Origin: Trichoplax sp. H2
Taxonomy: Eukaryota
Direction of reading: 5' to 3'
NCBI GenBank assembly: GCA_003344405.1
Contig: NOWV01000128.1
Coordinates: 186,001-217,872 of the forward strand
DNA: 31,872 nt
The notes under the pieces were generated by a model. The model was not told where the DNA came from. It searched no databases and saw only the letters and a list, made by a program, of their open reading frames with translations. This document shows, piece by piece, positions 26,679-31,872 of the stretch (position 1 is its first letter; each line of letters opens with the position of its first letter). A program made the position numbers and the translations under genes.

Positions 26679-26761
26679 GGGAAGAAATTGGAATTCTTCT
26701 CCGACGGACGACACACGGACGTTAATAAACTTAACTTTAACAAGTCAATTATACGGTGTTA

Positions 26762-26975
26762 ACTATTTTGTGTCACATTAGGGATTTGCTCGATTTTAAA
26801 AACTAAGAATTTTGAGTTGACTGATTACGAAGCTAAGGCTAACAACTCGTACACTACATAATTTGGTGCTGTGAGTAAACAGACTATTTTGTGTCACATC
26901 AGGGATTTGCTCGATTTTAACAACTCAGAATTTTGAGCTAACAGATTACTTAGGCTAACAACCCGTATACTACAT
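26762..26975. repeat. Two-copy direct repeat, 121-bp period
   Basis: ACTATTTTGTGTCACAT[T/C]AGGGATTTGCTCGATTTTAA...GGCTAACAAC[T/C]CGTA[C/T]ACTACAT starts at 26762 and again at 26883. Confidence 0.85.
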
Positions 26976-27530
26976 CAGTTAATAGATATTCTGAAGTTTA
27001 TGTAAGCAAGATACTGTAGCGATAATAATTCTGTGCTATTAGAATTTTTGATCCATTCTATGTCCAACTGTCTATTTATGCGGCTTTTTAAAGCTATCGC
27101 GAATTAATTGGCATTGTGTAAATAGGAAAGTATTACGAAAGTGTAATTCTAGTAGTTTCTTAAAGTACAGATATAAACTATGCCCAATTTCTCAAATATT
27201 TTTTTAATCAGTTATCTTACTGGATTTTAAGGAAATCTAAAATAAATACGTATGTGATATATACCAATCACGAAATTCCAAATTTTAGAAAAATAAGGGC
27301 TTTATTGAATCTTATACAAAGATTAACTACACAGCTCTACTCTAGCCGAATACTACTTCTAAAGACTTCTACAACGAACAGAATTATTAAAAAATGCATG
27401 CTTTTATACTTTCCGTAGCATTCGCAGCTACAATCCGCATGGCAACCTTTTACCTTATTTTACACATAGTTAAATTATTCTTAGTAAGACTATTCTACTG
27501 CGGACCATCATTAATCCAATATGGATACGA

Positions 27531-28730
27531 CTACAGTACTTCGACGAAATCTTTTCCCACTAAAGATATTTCGGCCCCAGAATCGGCCAGAATTTTAGCT
27601 GGCTTTCCTTGAACATATCCATCAATAACGTAGTTATCAACTTCGCTGGATTTCCTAGTTTGTAATACCGATACCTTCTTAGATTCTACTTTTCTTTTTT
27701 TCAAATCATATCTCTCGGGACATGCATTAGCTAAATGTTTGTCAGAACCACAAGTATAACATAACTTCTTTTCACCGGCTTTAGGTTTATGATACGTTTT
27801 CTTCGTATTATTCCCATGCGAATCTTTATTAGAATTCGGTTTATTCTTTTTGAAGTCTTGATAACCAGAATTAGCCAGATATTGATCTGCTGCTGCCAAC
27901 AAACTTTCCCATGATCTTGGATTTTGAGCTTGGACATGTCTCATTAATTCTCGACCATATGCGTCTTGTGACCAATTAGAATATTGATGATCAAATAAAA
28001 TTGTATCTTCTATACTTAGATGTGAATGTTGGATCCATCTATTGAGTAGATCTTTCTTTTTTGCTCCATATTCTGTAAAGGTTTCATCTTGTTTTCTTTT
28101 CAACGTCATGAATTTAGTTCTATAAGCATCAGCAGTTATATGATATGCATCAATAATTTTGCTCTTTACGAATTCATAATCTTGTAATTCCTCATGCGAT
28201 AGCTTACTGTAAGCCGTTAATGCCTTTCCTGTTAACTCAAAACCAATGTTAATACCCCAACGATTTCTGGGCAATTCATTTAACTCAGAAGCGATTTCAA
28301 AAGTGTGAATCCAGTCTTCGATATCATCCAATTCATCTAATTTATGCACTTCTGCCTTGCTACTCGGAGCGGCTACAGTAATTACCTTTGACTGCTGCGA
28401 TCTTTGCATCATTCTATCCATCATTTCTTGATGTCTCCGCTCACTCGCTTGTTGCATTTACATAAACATTGTAAACATTTGATTCAACTTGTCATCACCC
28501 TGTGATGTCGATGAACTACTAAACGCATTGTTGTCTTTTTCCAATGGACTGTAATCCTCCTTACTATCGTTTGGATGCAAGTCTCCTTCAGGTAGAGGCA
28601 CACCAAGCTCTACCAAATGATTAATAATATCGGACTTCCTCAATTGTCCCTGCAATATTATTCCTTGCTTGACACACCATGCTTTGATAGTTTTAACGGT
28701 AAACTCATTCCAATCTTCGAACGACGGCAT
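27531..28730 (-). pseudogene. gag: Ty3/Gypsy gag-protease ORF, copy 2 (in-frame TAA at 28458-28460; truncated in protease)
   Basis: The 90-aa and 308-aa ORFs are contiguous and in frame. They encode a SAP/HeH-like N-terminus, a capsid (DDIEDWIHTFE...LTGKALTAY...DYEFVK...YHITADAYRTKF, SCAN-related), a CX2CX4HX4C knuckle and the aspartic protease motif LADSGAEISLV. Homology to copy 1 ends at 27539. Confidence 0.9.
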
Positions 28731-28775
28731 TATTCCGTTTCTTCTTTAATTTTACTTTTTTTAGCTAAAATTCTC

Positions 28776-28794
28776 AATCCCACCGCTGCCAACA
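28776..28794 (-). other. Primer-binding site complementary to tRNA-Leu 3' end
   Basis: The minus strand reads TGTTGGCAGCGGTGGGATT, 2 nt after the LTR end TGTAACA. This is one mismatch from the complement of the tRNA-Leu(AAG/TAG) 3' end AATCCCACCGCTGCCA-CCA. Confidence 0.85.
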
Positions 28795-28796
28795 AT

Positions 28797-29150
28797 TGTT
28801 ACATATTCTGTTTATCGTAACAATAATTTAATAGTCCAGTAGGGCTTGAGTACTGGACAATCACGAGTCCAATAGAGCTTAAGTACCGAACTAACTTTAT
28901 TATGCATTAGAAGCCGTTATATATAAGAGACAATTACCAGTAATGTGCAATAACGGACATACCATGAATGTTAACGACAATCTTATCTTATTCATAATAA
29001 GATAACAACTTATTTTCTTAGATATGCTATCTAGGACTTAATCGTCATCATTACAGAACAACTGCAGAAATATACTGTAATAAACAGGCTTATTCAATAC
29101 GATAGGTGTTATCGATACTTTGTCTACAACAACTATATTATTTCGTAACA
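28797..29150 (-). repeat. 5' long terminal repeat (~354 bp)
   Basis: Termini are TGTTAC...GTAACA (TG..CA with a 6-bp inverted repeat). The minus strand has a TATA-like TTATATATAA (~28917-28926) followed by AATAAA (~28896-28901), and the LTR abuts the PBS. The distal boundary is inferred from the inverted repeat only. Confidence 0.7.
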
Positions 29151-29502
29151 GTTATGTAACCTATACACAAGTAATTTCATACAAAAATAAATGAAAGCTG
29201 CCTTACTCAACAGTCTGCTAACGGCCCATCAGGTTATGGTATCTATTGTTATTATTGAATGAATAATATAGCTACCACTAGTATTGACCTATATTTGGCT
29301 AATGAAAAATTGACTTAGCTCATATATAATCAGGTAATGTAACTGACAGCTCAACTCTTATTGATGGAATGACTATTATTGTATTATTGTTAACTTTAGA
29401 CGAATAATACCAAATACTGTACAATAAGGTAAAAATATTATTAACAGTTACCGTAGTTGTATGATCAAGTAACTAAAGCAAATTTTGTATTCTAGTAATA
29501 GT

Positions 29503-31872
29503 CTAAATTGCAAAAGATGCTATATTTTGGGCCTTACTTTGGCAATAGTAGCCTACTTCCTTATTCCAATTCTTGTCTATGTCACAATACATTTGGGTTG
29601 CATAGCGGACAAGGAGTTGAACGGTAGCAAACGTAAAAGCGATACCAATTCCGGTAGCAAGGGTAGTCAAAGTCTATAGCCAAGCATTCTAAATTTTATG
29701 AATTGGCCGTTAGTGCTAAAATAGTGAAATAACACGATAGTACTTTAAAAGGGATAGATTATAATGTAGTTAGGCTAACTAATCTAGCAGCTTGCATTTT
29801 ATGGGTAACTATACTAAGAATTCCAGTAACAAAGAGCTTAATATTTAAAATACAGTAAATAATGATACTTTTTAGCCTTGCCCTAAATTATTGCCGATTT
29901 GTTTAACTTATAAATACTGTCTTGTATCAAAGAGCAAGAAATCAGTTTTGAGATCATCTTGCTTCATATCGCAATAAATTTAAATGATATGTCACACTTA
30001 TACTAATATTCTACTCTAACGCTCACTATATGTCTAGAAATAGTACGGATATTATATGTTATTTTTGTACACTTTCAGTCTTTACTTGGATTACTAGTGT
30101 ACTTCTACATACAGAATAGATGTAATAGTATACTTCATATAATAAGTATTGTACTATTATACAGAATAAAGTTAACATATCATTTTGACTAAACATTGTT
30201 AAGATAATGTGTACAAATGCGTTCAGGCATGGAAAAAATTACACAAGTAATTGTTGTATCAAGGTAATCAAGATGTTACCTTTACTATTATCTATTAAAT
30301 CTTTATGTTGATGTCTGAAAGGAAAAAGTTATAGCTATTACTTATCCAAGAATGACCTAATTCAACTTCAAGTTACACAATGGCCTTAGTAGTAGGGTCT
30401 TTCTAACACAAACAGCATTACCTATTGGCGAATAAATTAACTATCTAATCTCATTTCTATGATTGCAATGATAGCGCTCTTAATATTTCAAAGACTATCT
30501 TTACTAAAGAGGTTACGATCAAAATCCATAATCAGCCATTATGCATAGCCAAAGTCAAATAATTTAAGCGAAATTATCATATTTCGGACTTTGTCCGAAT
30601 AAATCTATTACTCAAATCCTAACTTACGCACAACTTCGAGGGAGGCGTAGAATTAAGCGGTAAAAGTTTCATTAATATAATATGGGTAAGTATTGAAATT
30701 ATAACCTACTGCTACCTGTTGGTAGACCTACAAAAAGTATTTGCAGCGAAAATTTTACTAATACCGTAAAAAGAAGATTTAAAATTGTACTTTATAAATT
30801 TCCTTAACAAACATATCGGGACTATTCATACTACACAGGCAGGAATTTTAGCCTTGAATTACTAATAAAAATAGTCACTACTCTACCTTGCACAAGTTAA
30901 ACACTTCTGGTATATATCGTTATTGTATTATTATCATAATTTACATTCTGTGACTAAGAAACGTAAGGTAAAAGTCTATAAGTAGATACTGACTTAAACG
31001 CTCTTTTACCAAATATTATACACGCACAGCAAAGTACCGTAAAGATGGAACTTTTATTAGCATAGACAAATCTACAACTTTTATACATTGCTGAACTCAA
31101 AATGTTCCCATTTATATTGTTACCATTTAACTTATAAACAGCAGCAGTATTATTATTATTATACATTGATACATTACTAGGAGAGACATCTGGAACTGAG
31201 ATATTCCTTACGTAGCTTTTCTATCAGGAAATATTTTTAACCTCATACCCAAATTTAACCTTAACCTAAGCATACATGCTAGTTCAACTGTCACTAGCTA
31301 GAATTTGAGTCATCGTATTACTATCTACACACAATATTAATCAATATCAAAAATGTAATAAACTATCACAGATAATATACACGTAAAGGTATTACTTATT
31401 TGTGTAGTACTACAGATACGGATATTTTCCATTTTAGCTACTACTGCACTATTAAACTATCCTAGCGTTGAGGTGACACCTAAACAATTATACAATGGGG
31501 ATACTTCCATTGCTTAAGTTATCCACGTCTTTGCTACTTCGAATAGCTGCTTTAATACTGAAATAGGCGACTGGAATTAAACTAAGAATAGTGATGCTAC
31601 CAAAAGCATAACGGAAGAAGAAAAAGGTCTTGAGAAGGCTAGTTTGATAGGATGCATGAGCCAAGAATTCATAGACACTCATGCTGATTGCCCATATACT
31701 GCCAAAACTATTGAAAACGCTGAGAACGTAGTATGGATATTTCTGTATTGCAAACAAGAATAAAATAGTATCCAGTTGGAATAGTGATTCTACTTGTTTT
31801 AATAATGCAATAGATATAATATAAATTTACCGCTATTCCGTTATCTGTAGTTTGGATATCAATTCCGTGTCT
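29503..31872 (-). CDS. Partial multi-exon, multi-pass membrane protein gene, family not recognised
   Basis: Phase-0 joined exons: >31872-31831 (RHGIDIQTTDNGIA), 31742-31494 (KYPYYVLSVFNSFGSIWAISMSVYEF...FRYAFGSITILSLIPVAYFSI) and 31220-~31010 (Asn-rich loop, then IFTVLCCACIIF). A further probable exon at 29673-29503 reads TLTTLATGIGIAFTFATVQLLVRY... The intervening exons were not resolved. Confidence 0.55.

Larger units (their letters stand above)
27539..29150 (-). mobile_element. 3'-truncated LTR retrotransposon (5' LTR + PBS + gag-PR)
   Basis: LTR, PBS and gag-PR lie in the correct order on the minus strand. No RT, RNase H, integrase or 3' LTR is recognisable in the window. Confidence 0.85.

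Noticed and set aside
25884-26714. 276-aa ORF as a real gene with N-terminus MSSVGEEFQFLP
   Set aside because: The ORF is joined artificially across the N gap, and the part right of the gap does not match gag copy 2.
26189-28820. ORFs 26189-26395, 27394-27612, 27731-27937 and 28617-28820
   Set aside because: They are alternate-frame or antisense overlaps of gag with no recognisable motifs.
30583-30599. 7-bp hairpin TTCGGAC-TTT-GTCCGAA as a Helitron end or terminator
   Set aside because: It is short, has no properly spaced CTRR terminus and no other support.
31254-31270. Telomere-like TTAACC/TAACCT repeats
   Set aside because: Only 2-3 imperfect units, as expected by chance in AT-rich DNA.
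31495-31506. GTATCCCC as a U12-type donor
   Set aside because: It deviates from GTATCCTT, and the nearby GTATAA donor gives the correct phase.

Overview
AT-rich eukaryotic (animal) genomic DNA with many short GT-AG introns. The style resembles a placozoan such as Trichoplax (inference, not verified). From left to right: the 3' part of an ankyrin-repeat gene (+); a decayed TPR-repeat pseudogene (+); a complete CFAP65/CCDC108 orthologue with about 50 exons (-, 14829->3507); an intergenic region with RFX X-box motifs; a candidate 3-exon, 65-aa microprotein gene head-to-head with CFAP65 that is invisible to the ORF track (+); an intronless membrane-bound UDP-glycosyltransferase (-); a ~99-bp and a ~201-bp tandem array, the latter interrupted by a 413-bp TIR element; two near-identical Ty3/Gypsy gag-protease copies either side of a 20-N assembly gap, one retaining its 5' LTR and tRNA-Leu primer-binding site; and part of a multi-exon membrane-protein gene (-) running off the right edge. 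All gene models were traced by eye and no searches were run.
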